Shown: piece after piece, positions 44,753 to 57,891 of the stretch
How positions within the stretch are numbered: position 1 is the stretch's first letter
Layout of the letters: every line of letters starts with the position of its first letter
Virus record (IMG/VR): IMGVR_UViG_3300032245_001746
Span: 248,001-312,000 of that record
Reading direction: 5' to 3' (one strand)
DNA: 64,000 nt
Made by a program: the position numbers and the translations under genes
The notes under the pieces: generated by a model
What the model saw: only the letters and a program-made list of their open reading frames with translations
The model's database searches: none
What the model was told of the DNA's origin: nothing

Positions 44753-47343
44753 TACATGAGTTCTTCATTTTTTTCTTCTTCTGCAAATTTAGATAAGCAT
44801 CTAGGGCAATCTGCATGTGCTTTAATATGCAAAGAATCAATAATTGAACAAATTTGTTCAATTATTGATTCTTCAACGCCTTCTTTTTCCAATATTGCCC
44901 AAGCTTTTTCTGCATCGGGACTCATTACATTATCTTCTGGTGGACCAGAGCAACCGGGAGGATATGACCAGCCAAACATTCCTGACATTTTTAATATTCC
45001 TGTTTTTTAGTAAAGTTTTTCAATTTCTCTGTATACTCCAGTAATAATGTTATTGTTTTTCAATTTCAAACTGTCATGAACTAGATCAGCAAGTTCTTTT
45101 GTTTCAAACTTCAAAACAATTGAATGAATTGCATTGCCAGATTTATGAGTCGTTGTTACGAAAATTTGATACATTGTTTGACTTTCTGAAAAGAGAGAAT
45201 ACTTGTATATCATTGGTAATTACTGTTGTAATGACCAACCATTCACTATAACAGCATAGTTACTTTACAAGTGTTGATTTTCGTGTCGTTTAATTTAGAC
45301 ACTGCTTTCTCAACACTAATAAGTGTGTTGAGTTTTGCCTGTTAGTTCACATTGTTAGTAGCATGTGGCTTTGATCGCCATGAAGGAATTTTCTTCATAG
45401 CAATTCCTTCATTCATTGCTTGGCGATCAAATTCATCCAGTACAATTGTTGCATTTGCTGGAATCGTTCCATATCCGCCACCAGAAGTTCTTGCAATTGG
45501 TTTACGTCTTACTGTATTACGATTGCGAGGCATCATTAATCTCCAAAGAATTATTGTTTAGAACCAACACTCACAGATTGTACAATCAAACTTCTGGACG
45601 GATTGTTGAAAACGATACTGGTATAATTTCCTGAAAACAAAGTATCCAATTTTCACTTATAGCTTGTTCAAGCACATCATAATGAACAAGTGCTTGTTCA
45701 GCTTCCGAAACCGTATTAAAAATAAAATCAAACGCAAATTCGTAAACTTCAGGATCGGAGTTTGGAACAATCAGTCTTTTATTTTTGCTTTCATCTTCAA
45801 CAAGAATTCGCCACACATAATTCTTTTCTGAACTTAATTCCATTATGTGGAATTCATTAATTTTTTTAAGCATGTTGTTTTTCTTAAAAAGTTGGAAGAA
45901 AAAAAAGACATAACACTTATGTCATCAATGATCAATTGTTAAGGAATGTTTTTCATAAGCTTCCAGACTTGTAATTCTACAAATCCAGATGCAATTCGTT
46001 TTTGTGTATCACGAAAAACATCAGGAAGCAAATTCAGCAATTGGAGAACCCATTCATTTTCTGAATGAACTTTTACAATAATTTCATTCTCTTCGAGAGG
46101 AATTTCTGGCACATTAACTGTAACCTTTCCCCAAGATTCAATTAATTGATTATCTTCAACAACATAAGCGATAATACACAATCGTTTAGATTGATGATAA
46201 AGATCGGTCTTCAACTCAATTTCAACATTTTCATTAAATGCTTTAATTGTTGTTCTCATTTTATGATCCAAAAAAGAAAGTTTTGTTTCAACATCAACAC
46301 ATTGTACAATCAAACTTAAAAAGCTTGAATGTTTTCAGAGTTATTATTTCTCCAATGAGCCAAGCAAAAATGTTGTTTTAATTCTGCATTATAACCAATT
46401 ACGGCACAAGGAGAATTTTCTTGAATATTGTTGGGATACAAAATCGCAACATATTCAAATGGATTATCTGTAGTGTGGAAATTAACAATTTCTCGTACAG
46501 TTTTTGGTAAAAGAACAAATGTTGTTGGAATATATTTTTCATCTTCTTCAATATGAAAGATAACTCCAGATCTGAAGTTTGAATACGTATTTTTGTAACA
46601 TGGAATTTTATAAACTCCAAATTCATTAATTGAGTGTTCTGTTAGAACAAAGTGTGGATTTACCAATGACCATTTTGGTAAACCATCATTATTCTTCATT
46701 GAGAGCAACAATTGCAAATTAATTAATTTGCCATTAAATTTTAGAACGCCACCACTACTTGCTTTTAACAAAGCAGCATATTGCATTTCAGCAATAGTTC
46801 CAGATTCAAGTTGATCAATTAATTTTTGATTAATTGATGCTTTGGTTTCTTCTGAAACCAAAGCATCAACAATTGGATTTTCTGAATTTTGCAGTGGATG
46901 TACAGATTTAGTATGACGCTTAAAGAGATTAAACATAAATTGCTTTACTTTCTTTATCAAAATTTATTTTAAGGTCAGTGAGACATTTGTACAAATTTTA
47001 CAACATTTTGTTGTGCAATATACAGAGAATACAAAAGTGTGAAATTGTGATCTCCATAACGGCAACGTGCAATAATTCTGTTTTCAGGAACTGTCAAAAC
47101 GGCTTCATTTAGTGCTTGTGGATGACGATATTTAACTTGTTCTACAACAGAAAGAACAAGTTCAACTTCACCAAATCCAACTACTTCTTTTTCATTTGAT
47201 GAAATGTGAAATCCAAGAATATTTCCATATCCAACAGGATTTTCCATTGAATTAACAAAGGCACATGGAATGAAATTTTCAGTCATTTTGTGATCCAAAA
47301 AAGAAAGTTTTGTTTTACATCATTACATCAACACATTGTACAA

Positions 47344-47856
47344 TCAAACTTTACTTACATATTTGCGGTCAATTTCATTATTGTTTTCATCAAATTTTTG
47401 CCAATAGCCATTCGAGTTTTCAAAATAAATTTCATTATTATTTTCATCATATTCGTATTTCATCCAATAATTATCTGAATCTTCATAACGAATACGATTA
47501 TTTCTTTCATCAAATGTTCGTTTTGCCCAATAACCAAATTCATCAGTAGTTGTTAATTGATTATTAACAATTCCAAACAAAGAATAATATTCTTCTTTTG
47601 GTACTTCTCTTACAATTCGGATTTTATTTGTTACTGTTTTATTTCCTTCGGTGATTGATTCACCCAAATCTTCAATTTCCAATAATCGAAAATTATGTTT
47701 AATTGGGTAATAACCAATAACATCAATTGGTTTGATGCAATAATGAAAACCATAATTGCAAGGAATTGGAGTTCCTGGTAATTCGTAAGTTTGACCAATT
47801 TCAAACTTATGATCTATACACATAAAATCGTAGGTAGCTTTAAATCCGGTTTTCAT
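47344..47856 (-). CDS. Family B protein
   Basis: Same domain and repeats; stop inside element 47335. Confidence 0.8.
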   Translation of the reverse strand: MKTGFKATYDFMCIDHKFEIGQTYELPGTPIPCNYGFHYCIKPIDVIGYYPIKHNFRLLEIEDLGESITEGNKTVTNKIRIVREVPKEEYYSLFGIVNNQLTTTDEFGYWAKRTFDERNNRIRYEDSDNYWMKYEYDENNNEIYFENSNGYWQKFDENNNEIDRKYVSKV

Positions 47857-48331
47857 TCTCTTTTAAGAGTTAAGTTCACAAGATAAAATCCATCTAGATT
47901 TTCATCAAAATTAGACGTATCCATTGGAATTGCATAAAATGTTGGAATATCGTTAATAACTTCGCCAATGCAAGCGAATGCAACTTTTCCATTAAAAATG
48001 GAAGGAATTGTTGCAGAAAAACCATTTCCACCATCTTTATCAGATCTTACATACAAATGATTTTTGTATGAAATCAATTTATTACATGGAACGTCTTTGC
48101 ACAACATTATTGTAATTTACCTTTAAAGAATCTTGAAAAGATAATTTTGGTTACTTTTTTAGAACCAGAATTATAAGAATCACCAAAAATGGATTTTCCC
48201 CAAAATTTGTTTTCTTTAATGCTACTTGGACAGACAGTGAGCATTTCTCCATTATGCTCAACTGTATCTCCAATTACAATTTCATTAATGTTAACTTGTT
48301 TTTTAATCATTTTTGATCTTATCAGTAATTT

Positions 48332-48928
48332 TCAATTAACCCAAATTTGGTTATTTACTACATGAACAACACAAGGAACTTTGCCTTTTACGCCTGTTTC
48401 TGTTTCTGTAACAAATGATCTTTCGCCCACAGAAAATTTTACTTCAAAGCTTGACCAAACTCCAGGATATTTTCCGTCTGGAATAGGATTTGGATTGGTT
48501 TCTACAAATTCTCTTGTGTTTACGCATTTTTTCATTTGTTTATTTCCTTTATGGAGATTGACAATCAAACTAAAACTTGGATAAATTTTAAGTAATCTTT
48601 CTTTCCGCCAATCAGGTTTTTCATTATACCAAATACAAATGTATTCTTTTGTAGCGTTATCAATTTCAATATTTCTGTGATACGGACGTTCAATTCCTGT
48701 ATCGCCATTGCAATAATTAATAAGCTTGTACCCGCATTTTTTCAATTGATTAGCAATTGAATCCCAGTAAATTCCATTAATTACTCGAACGGATCTGTAA
48801 TCTGAATAACGGCATAATTCAAGTTCCATAATGAAATTAGGCAGTTCGGCAATTTGCCATTTTTCTTCTCGACCCCAATAAACATTACAACTTTCTAGTA
48901 GAAACGAATCACTATCAATTTTGAACAT
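48332..48928 (-). CDS. Fusion of two cassettes through a mutated element
   Basis: Internal AGTTTGATTGTCAAT (one A missing), then AAGGA RBS and internal ATG (MKKCVN). Confidence 0.65.
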   Translation of the reverse strand: MFKIDSDSFLLESCNVYWGREEKWQIAELPNFIMELELCRYSDYRSVRVINGIYWDSIANQLKKCGYKLINYCNGDTGIERPYHRNIEIDNATKEYICIWYNEKPDWRKERLLKIYPSFSLIVNLHKGNKQMKKCVNTREFVETNPNPIPDGKYPGVWSSFEVKFSVGERSFVTETETGVKGKVPCVVHVVNNQIWVN

Positions 48929-48947
48929 TTTTAATATTCCTAAAAAG

Positions 48948-49020
48948 TGGTGCGGGTGGGAATTGAACCCACGACCAATAGATTAAAAGTCTAGTGCTCT
49001 ACCAACTGAGCTACCACACC
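48948..49020 (-). tRNA. tRNA-Lys(UUU), second copy
   Basis: GGTGTGG/CCGCACC acceptor, CTTTTAA loop, GTTCAATTC. Confidence 0.93.
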
Positions 49021-49026
49021 ATTTAT

Positions 49027-49278
49027 TTACTTAATATTAGCAATTGCTTTCAATTCTTTTTTCAATCGTTTAGCTGAATCACCACGAAATGATGATGCGT
49101 TACTCAAAAAATACAAAATAATAGATTTTGCACTATCCATTAGATAGTTATCATTAATTGAATTCAGTGAAAACATTGCCGAAAGATATGGTGCGGCAGC
49201 GAAATTGACATTTTTCCATTCTTTTTGAATTTCGCGTGCAACTTCACAAATTGGACGTGTTGAAATTACTTCAGCCAT
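49027..49278 (-). CDS. Conserved hypothetical phage protein
   Basis: RPICEVAREIQKEW..AAPYLSAM..SIILYFLSNASSFRG resembles a small phage protein family; function unknown. Confidence 0.55.
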   Translation of the reverse strand: MAEVISTRPICEVAREIQKEWKNVNFAAAPYLSAMFSLNSINDNYLMDSAKSIILYFLSNASSFRGDSAKRLKKELKAIANIK

Positions 49279-52200
49279 TGCGGAAATCCTTTTTAATTTT
49301 TTTAAGTTATCACTAACTAACATTGTACAATCAAACTTAAACAAGTAATTATTTATTGTTTAATACTGTTTGAATATATCTTTTTGCATCGTCATAAGAC
49401 CAAGCATGAATAAGATGTTTTTCTTTTGTAACATCTTCATTTGGGAATATCTGTCTGGCATCTGGTGGATTAGATATATTTTCCCATTCAATTGAAATAA
49501 CTCTTTTTCTCCATCCAATAACAAAATATCCTCTTGGTGTTTTTACTTTAATCCAAGGCGAACTTAGATAAACTGGATGGTTTGAATATTGGTTTGGCAT
49601 TTCTTGAAAAGAAATGTATTCAGAAAAACATTCCAGTAAGTTTTGAATTACTTGTTTTTTCTGAATTTCTACATTTGGATCTTTTGCTTTTTCTGATCTC
49701 AATAATTCTTCTACAATTTGAGAACAATGTTGTGAAATACGATTTTGTTGTTCGTCATTAAATTCTTCAATCCCTGCCACATCAATTTTAACAGAGATAT
49801 TCATTCCCATAGTACATACTGAATGAATAGCAACATTTTTAAAATTTTTATTAAACATTTAATTTTCTTTGTTAAATTTTAGAATTGTTTATTGAGCTTT
49901 TGGAATTGGACCTTTTCCTTCGATCCATTGTTCTAATTCTTCGACAGTAAACCATCCGTAATTATTTTTATTTTGATTAATTGGATTTAGCCAGAATACA
50001 ACATCATATTTTGATGTTTGATTTTTCTTCCATGCTGGTGATAGAGCATAGTATGGTTTAAAAAAATCAGTTTTGATATTTTCACAAATTTTCTTTTCAA
50101 TACCTGTTTCTTCGGCAGTTTTAACAAGTTTAAGACAATCTTCGTCTGCTTCTTTCATTTCTGTTGCACTTTTTTCTGGAAAAGTATCAAGAAGTGCAAC
50201 GATTAATCCTGAATTGCGATAGGATCTTTTTCCTTCGGTTGAGCAATTACCTAGAAATACAGCGACATTATTTGACTTAATTGCTTCATGAATCATGCTC
50301 AATTTATTGATGTTTTCTTGACCTTTAACAAGGATACCGAAATCTTTTTCGGACCAAGCAGATGTGATAAAATCATTATCATTATTTTTTTTAGAATAAT
50401 ATTTCAGTTCGCTCGGAATAGAGTCAAACAATCCTTTATCACTATAATAAATTCGGTATCCTATCGTTAGGATAGCCATATTGTCTTTTTGTTCATAACG
50501 AAGAGAAGTTGGAACATTTCTTGCTGTTCTTGCTTCAATTCCAACAAGATTTTCGTGTTGAATTCCAAATGAATTTGTTAGAGTTTTAATGCCCCATTCA
50601 TGTTCTGCACAAAAATCAGCAGCCATGAAAATTCCATAGAAAACATTATTATCATCAACAACAAATTGTGTTTCACTACTACGTCGCATTGTATTTTTCC
50701 TTTGTTTGAACCTTATTGTACAATCAAACTACTTTTTTTCATTATTCATTATCAAAAATATTTCTTAGTGTTTCAATATCGAAAGGAACTACGCGATTTT
50801 CAACGTGAATTCCATATTCTGGACCCCAGCCCATATCTCTTTCTTCATTTGAGCACATGATATTTGCTACTTTGATTGCATCATCTTTATTATCTGCAAC
50901 AATTGGATCAAATGCACACATACTGGAATCTTCCAGAAATGTTTCCATTGAGATTGGACTATAATTACGAATAAAGTATCTGTAAATTGCATTTAAGTTG
51001 TAATAACATTCAGATCCATTTACTGGAACAACATTTGGCTCAAATGTTAGATTTTCTGCCGCTTGAACGTTTTTAACATAGAATTTTCCATTTACACATG
51101 GAATTACAATGACCGTATTATCTTTTGACATATTTTATCCTTTAGTAATCATAGAAATGAATAATACCAACCAAAACACAAATGTTGAAATAGCAACAGC
51201 TAATGTTTCAAATATTTGTCGATTTTTGCTAATTCGAACACTTGGTATATCACAAGTGATGCAAATTGCACAAAATGAAAAGATATACATCATGATAAAT
51301 ATAGCGATTTCTTCCATGATTTGTTATCTTTTAGAATAATTCTGATTGTTTGGATGCGTGAATATGGGTTTTGATTTTTGGATTTTTTGCTGAGTTCAAT
51401 ATAGTTTCAGCAATATTTTTAGCATGTTCGTGATTTGTAATTCCTTGAATATCTTCATTTAGAATGAATGTTGGAATTTGTCGAGTGATAGATCCATCTT
51501 CTGTTTCTTCGGTAACAGAAGCAGTAATTACATAAAACATTTTTTTTGTTTTCCGTTAAATTTTAGTTTAATTGATTCAGTTTAATACTATTGTACAATC
51601 AAACTTTGTAATATTATTGGTGTGCAAGAAACCAAATAATAATTCCGAAAAAGACAAACATTGCGATAAAATAAACAGCACAACCAGCAGCTTGCTGTGC
51701 ATTAATTGGTTCTTTTTCGCATTTTTCGCACAAAATGCCTAATGGACCATAATCGTTTGTTGCGAATTTACCACATCTTGTGCATGAATTTTTCATAAAT
51801 TATTTATTCCTTTTCATTAAAGAGGTGTCAGTCATGATCCCTGTAAATTTATCTCCAAAAGCATTACATTTTCGACAAACAAATGTAATTTGCAAACTAA
51901 TTCCAACTTTCACCAATTTGGATTATACTCATTTTCGCCTTCTCTTTCAACTATTTTAAGGTATCCAGCTTCTTTCAATCTTTGTGCCGATTTTCTTTCT
52001 GAGATATTTAAACTTGAAATACTTATGAAACATAAATTGTATGCTAGTTGTCTAAGTAACACTTTCATATTATGAATAATATCATTTGAAGAAGCAGCAG
52101 CAAATCCTTGCCACGCTGAAACAAATGATTTCCAATCCCACGTTGCATCATCGCCTTGACGAATAATCTCCAATACTTGGTCTCTATTGACTTTTTCTAC

Positions 52201-52779
52201 TTCATCAGTCAATAAATTTTTAAGAATCATTCCATCGGCAATTTTCAATTCATATTTTTGGTGCGTAAAATTCGTTTCAAAAACGATTGAACCAGTCATG
52301 AGACATGAAGTGGCACTATGAATTTTAATGTTACCAGTCATATTTGAATCCTTTTTGGATCATTGTACAATCAAACACTGACTATTATCTTGAGAACTTT
52401 GAACTTCTCTTAATAAGAAAAAATATTCATTGTCTTTATTGGAATCTTTATTTTTAAGAAACTTGTTGATTCCAAATATTTTTATTTTGTTTTTCTTTTT
52501 TAATTGAATTAAATTTTCGATAGTAATTTACCACTTCATCTCCGATACATACTGGAATTATGTAGAAAATTAAAGTGAGTAAAAAAAATATAATAGCACA
52601 AACCAAAACAACAAGTACACAAGAAGTAACTAGGTAAAATCCAATAATGGGATATTCAATTAAATCTGGAATTGAATCAAACTCTGGCATAATTGCCGAG
52701 TAATAATTCATTAACATTCCTAGCAAACCAAGAAAAACAATGAACACTGTCAGAATAATTGCTCCAATAGACCATGATT

Positions 52780-53181
52780 TCATTTTAATTTTCCTGACAA
52801 AAGTGTTTTAATTGCTTCACCCCAAGAATGACCTTCATCTTGTAGTTGCTGAACAACCAAAAAATGACTATCATATGTAATGATGTTATCAGATATGAGG
52901 TTTGTAAATAATCGAACCAAATTCATTTCAATGAATAATTCGTATTTATCATCCCAACCCATATTTTGGAGTGCTTGACCAAAGATACATCCTTTGCATC
53001 CTGGTCCTGTATCTGATCCGCGATTATAATAACACCGCCCAACACCACTGGTGTTATACACAAAATCAGGATTTTCCGTTCCTAATTTAATTACTTCTTG
53101 CTTTAGTGCATCAAAAAACGCATCAGCATTTTCGTTGTATTTTTTATAAACATCAATTAATTTCATGATTAATTGCTCCAT
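52780..53181 (-). CDS. Family A protein
   Basis: GCKGCIFGQALQNMGW. Confidence 0.8.
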   Translation of the reverse strand: MEQLIMKLIDVYKKYNENADAFFDALKQEVIKLGTENPDFVYNTSGVGRCYYNRGSDTGPGCKGCIFGQALQNMGWDDKYELFIEMNLVRLFTNLISDNIITYDSHFLVVQQLQDEGHSWGEAIKTLLSGKLK

Positions 53182-53570
53182 CTATTTAGTGGTTCAATTG
53201 CTTCTTGCCATGATTTTCCATGATCTTGATTAGTTTGAACTTCGCTCAAAATATTTAAGTATATACTGTTTTCTGTTTTTGAAACACAACCTTTTACGTT
53301 AGCATCTACGTCAAGAATGTAAGCGATAGAATCGCGACTTTCTAATTCATCTGAATCATTCCAACCCATATTTTGGAGTGCTTGACCAAAAATGCATCCT
53401 TTACTTTCTTTGCCACCTTCTGGACCTCGATTATAATAGCACTGACCAATGCTATTTGAATTGTAAATAAAATCGGGATTTTCAACAGCAAGTGTTTGAA
53501 CTTTTTCTTTAATCTTTGTAAGAAAAGAAAGATCAGATTCAAATTGACTACGAATTTCAGCAAGTTTCAT
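53169..53570 (-). CDS. Family A protein
   Basis: SKGCIFGQALQNMGW. Confidence 0.8.
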   Translation of the reverse strand: MKLAEIRSQFESDLSFLTKIKEKVQTLAVENPDFIYNSNSIGQCYYNRGPEGGKESKGCIFGQALQNMGWNDSDELESRDSIAYILDVDANVKGCVSKTENSIYLNILSEVQTNQDHGKSWQEAIEPLNRWSN

Positions 53571-53945
53571 ATTTGTTTTTCCTTTATTGTATCATTGTGC
53601 AATCAAACTTAGATTTCTTACTTCAAGTTAAGGCATTTTCGAAAAATGGAGTATTAATCCATTTTAAATATTCAGCACAGCCGAAAAGTTCTTGAGATAC
53701 CATGCCAATTCCAGATTGCCAAACTTGAAATTTTACAACAGATTTACTGTCTTCAAAAAAGCTTGACCAAAAATCAATATCAGAAACAACTACTTCTTGA
53801 ACTTTTTGTCTATCACACAGCAATCGAATTGTGTACATTTTTATACCTAATAAAAAAAATTGTCACACCTGATAGCTCCATGCTACCTATGCTTTTTACA
53901 CCAAACTTAAATTAAAGTCCCACTCAACTTTAATTTAAGTTGTGA

Positions 53946-54320
53946 CTAAGTGGTTTCGAATAATGGCTGAATTGCTTTTCCCCAAGTAAATCCACTATCT
54001 TGATAAGCTTGAACAGTAATAAACGCACTATCTTCAGACATAAAGTCTGATCTAATCAGACTATTAAACAAATCATCAACAGTTGATTTATTTGCCAATT
54101 CATCTGGATCATTCCACCCCATATTTTGGAGGGCTTGACCAATAATACATCCTTTACATTCTGGACCATTTTCTACACCAGAATTGTAATGACACATTTG
54201 TTGATTAGGATTGTAAACAAAATCGGGATTTTCCGCTCCCAATTTAACTAGTTGATATCTGAATGAATCAAAAAATTCAACTTCATTTTTGTATTTTTTT
54301 ACAACATCATTTAATTTCAT
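53946..54320 (-). CDS. Family A protein
   Basis: ECKGCIIGQALQNMGW; start MKLNDV. Confidence 0.8.
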   Translation of the reverse strand: MKLNDVVKKYKNEVEFFDSFRYQLVKLGAENPDFVYNPNQQMCHYNSGVENGPECKGCIIGQALQNMGWNDPDELANKSTVDDLFNSLIRSDFMSEDSAFITVQAYQDSGFTWGKAIQPLFETT

Positions 54321-54362
54321 GTTTAAATCCCATTTAGAGGTTGATGACTCATCATTGTACAA

Positions 54363-54521
54363 TCAAACTTGATTTAGGTGTTTAATTGCATTTCCCCAAG
54401 AATGACCTGAATCTTGACTATTTTGAACTCTTGACAAAGACTGAATTATTTCGCTATAAATGCCATAATTGTGAAACATAGTTGTTACTCCAATTTGTTT
54501 TTTAAGTTCAATTAAATTCAT
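54363..54521 (-). pseudogene. Internally deleted family A remnant (52 aa)
   Basis: MNLIELKKQ...VQNSQDSGHSWGNAIKHLNQV; lacks the Cys core; ends at the element TGA. Confidence 0.65.
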
Positions 54522-54536
54522 GATTTAATCCTTTGA

Positions 54537-55082
54537 TTAGACTGGCAATTCAATACCCAGAAATTTAATTATTTCTGATAATTCAATAACGGCAGATGAT
54601 TTGAAATTATGTTTCAAAATCTGATTAATTCCCATATCATTTTTAAAATGAGCTAATTGTAATGCAAATAATCCTTGTGTTTCAGATAAAAAGTGTGGTG
54701 AATCAACAGAATCAGAAATAATATTTCTGATTTCTTGTTCGGAACTTTCGATTCTATATGAGTGAATATTTCTGGAATTTCCATCCGTTAAAGATACTAG
54801 ATGTTCAAATCTATGTTTTTGACAATGAAAATTAATTTCTTCAATTAATTCTCTTTGCAATGCATCAACGAGATTTTCGCCAGGATCAACATTTCCTCCT
54901 GGAAATCCCAAACAACCATCCCATCTTGTTAACATTAAAACCAGAGGAATATTAATTCCTCTTTGTTCTTTTTCAACATGAGTATAACTAACATATGGTT
55001 TTGCGTTTGGTGTGTAAATTACACCAAAAACCATTTGTCTCATATTTGGTTGAATTTCACATGGTTCTATTTTAGAGTACAT
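54537..55082 (-). CDS. Nudix hydrolase, NUDT16-like
   Basis: LMLTRWDGCLGFPGGNVD plus Nudix box GENLVDALQRELIEEI. Confidence 0.85.
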   Translation of the reverse strand: MYSKIEPCEIQPNMRQMVFGVIYTPNAKPYVSYTHVEKEQRGINIPLVLMLTRWDGCLGFPGGNVDPGENLVDALQRELIEEINFHCQKHRFEHLVSLTDGNSRNIHSYRIESSEQEIRNIISDSVDSPHFLSETQGLFALQLAHFKNDMGINQILKHNFKSSAVIELSEIIKFLGIELPV

Positions 55083-57048
55083 AAAAAACTTTCAATTATT
55101 TTTGACAAAAGATTCAGCAAATTCTTTTACTTTTTGATGTGTTGTTTGTAAAATTGGGTTAATTATTTGATATAAAGCTTCCAATTTTGGTGGACGTGTC
55201 CAAAGTTTATCTTCATGAAACATGATAATATAATCATTCTCATAAAATGCAATTTCAAATATTGCGTTTTCTTTTTCATATGGAAATCGATTGATTGGCA
55301 ATTCTACATTGCCATAAACAATTTTACCATCAATTAATTTAGCAATTACACAATACGCAATTCCGCTTTCTATGTTGGATATTCTTCCTGGATTCCATTG
55401 AGTTATTTTGGAGTTATTCCATTGTTTTGGAAAAGATAAATGTGGACCATTCCACCAATTTCTGTATGGTACAATTAATGGAAAAATTCCATAGAAATTA
55501 TTTGCTTCCATTACTGCTTGATAAAAATCATTTAGACACAGATAAGTTTCATCATTTTTATTATCGCACATATTCATTAGTTGTTCTGCTTTTTCAAGCA
55601 TTACAAAATGAATATGATAGCATATTAATGGATAATGAATTTCTGGATCAAATTTGATTTGAATCAATTTATGAAAAAGTTCATTTATATCTTTTCCAGA
55701 TTGATTTTTGCAGTAAATATTAATTATTTCTTCGATTTTCATCACAAATACCATGAAGCATTGAATGGTTGAGTAAGTTTCTCAGATTTAAACTTTTCAA
55801 TTCTTCTCAAGGTTTCAATATCTTTTAAAACAGATTCTACGTGGTTGTGAATTTGCAGATAGGCTTTTGTACTTAATGTGATATGACCATCTACAAATAA
55901 AGAACTATTTCCATTCAAAGAATGGTATAGAATTCTTTCTCCACCGTATTTTTGATTATCATTTTTGTAAAGATTAGAAGTTTGAACATCAAAATATTCT
56001 GAATGTGTTTTATCGTTTACTACGATTGTTTCATAATAAATAAATATTGCAGAACCTGCATCCATTCTGGAATGAGTCGACCATTCTTCGTATTCATGAA
56101 GATTTTCTCTATCAATTGGAATGCAACATAGAAATTTATGTTTAGTTCCTGGTTTTTTATCAAATGTTTCATAAGGTTCAAATTTGTAGTATGTTTGCAC
56201 ATAGAATTTGTTTAAAACAAACTCATCTTTAAACGCTTCAGACAAATAAAACATTACTTCTGCACACGTTCGAGTAAAATTACTTAATCGAACATCAATA
56301 ATTGGTTCAAGTTTTGCCTCTGTGATATTCATTTTTATCTCCAGTTGTTTTTAACAACATTGTACAATCAAACTTAATATTGTTTATTCTTGTTTTTCTA
56401 CAACAAAGAATTTATGATGTCCATTTGGATTTTCCTCAAGATATTGTTGTTCACAAAAATCTTTCCAATCATCACATTGTTGTTTTTCCTTTATTCCTCT
56501 GGACATTACTTTCCACAATTGTTGTTTATCTGTATGACTGTGCGTTCGAATTACATAAAACATTTTTACACCTGATTATTAACAAGCATATTTAACAACA
56601 CCATAAATAATTTGAATATCAAACCATTGTTTCATGTATTCAATTTCATCTTTGAATAAAGTTTCAAATTGATCTAAAGATTTTTGAATCTTTTCTGGAG
56701 TAATTTCAAATTTAAGATAATCATCACAAGAATCTATGAATGAAATTTCATTTTGAAATTTGTTTGGAAAGTAGAATTGTAATGATTTTTCTTTTGAAGC
56801 ATATTCAATGTGATGATTAGGTAACAAAAAATCATCTAAATGACCTTTTGGATAATCTTCTTCCCAAAAATCTGGAGTGTCAGATACGGTTTGTTTCACA
56901 TATCTTTGACTTTTACTTCTTCCACATTTTGGGCAAAAATTCGCATCTTTTGGAAAATTATGCTTTTCACACAAATCAGTTTCAACTTCTTTGATATTTA
57001 CTGTTGCGATAATATATGGACCAATATAAGTATATTTATCACTCATTT

Positions 57049-57507
57049 TCAAACACTTTCTAATAGATTTTCTACGCAATTACTCCAGGAGTTTCCAGAA
57101 TCTTGTAAATTTTGTGTTTCTCGAAAAGAAGATAATAAAACATCAATTTGGTCATCAACAAATTCTAGTTGAAAAACTCCAGCAAAATTTCTTAAAATAG
57201 TCTTAATATTGTAAGTCACATTCATTTGTTGTGAATCAGTCCAGCCCATATTTTGGAGTGCTTGACCAAAAATGCAGCCTTTACAATCTGGACCTACAAC
57301 TTCTTGAATTTTATTTTCTTTATCAACTGAAACAACTGGACCATTATATTTACATTTTGTTCTTATTTTTAACGCTTTATTTTGTTCATAGTTTGGATTA
57401 TAAACAAAATTTGGATTTTCACTTGCTAGTTTCAAAACTTGTTTTTTAAGTTCAATTAAAAAATCTTGATGTGATTCGAATTTATTAACAATTTGTTTTA
57501 AGTTCAT
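57049..57507 (-). CDS. Family A protein
   Basis: GPDCKGCIFGQALQNMGW. Confidence 0.8.
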   Translation of the reverse strand: MNLKQIVNKFESHQDFLIELKKQVLKLASENPNFVYNPNYEQNKALKIRTKCKYNGPVVSVDKENKIQEVVGPDCKGCIFGQALQNMGWTDSQQMNVTYNIKTILRNFAGVFQLEFVDDQIDVLLSSFRETQNLQDSGNSWSNCVENLLESV

Positions 57508-57891
57508 GAATGTTCCTCTAATTTTCCAATACAAAATCTTACAAATGACTGTTCTGTTTCATAGTCTAGAACCAATCCAGTAGTTTTATCAAATATCTTA
57601 CGATATTCTGGCGTTCCGTAGAAATCATCATAATATAGATTGTGAGAAGTTATTAGGTTCAGTTCAATTAGTGGCAATAAATGTTTTTCAAAAGAATATT
57701 CTTCTCCAACAAATTTTTCGAATTTTTCTTTTTCAATGTGAAATGGACGAACATATTCCACGAAACATTTTAGAGAAATTTTGTCTTCACCACTGATAAA
57801 ATCATTTGCGGCTTTTTCAATTTCTCCATCAGTAGTTTCTGATTCATAATAGAAACAGTTTCTTACCATCCAATTAAATAATTCATCTGGA

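Noticed and set aside
45240-45340. c-di-GMP-I riboswitch suggested by GGCAAA...GAAAG
   Set aside because: Two hairpins are present, but the GNRA/receptor layout and GCAAAGC core do not match.
40759-47856. Diversity-generating retroelement acting on Asn-rich repeats
   Set aside because: No reverse transcriptase and no template/variable repeat pair differing only at adenines seen in the window.
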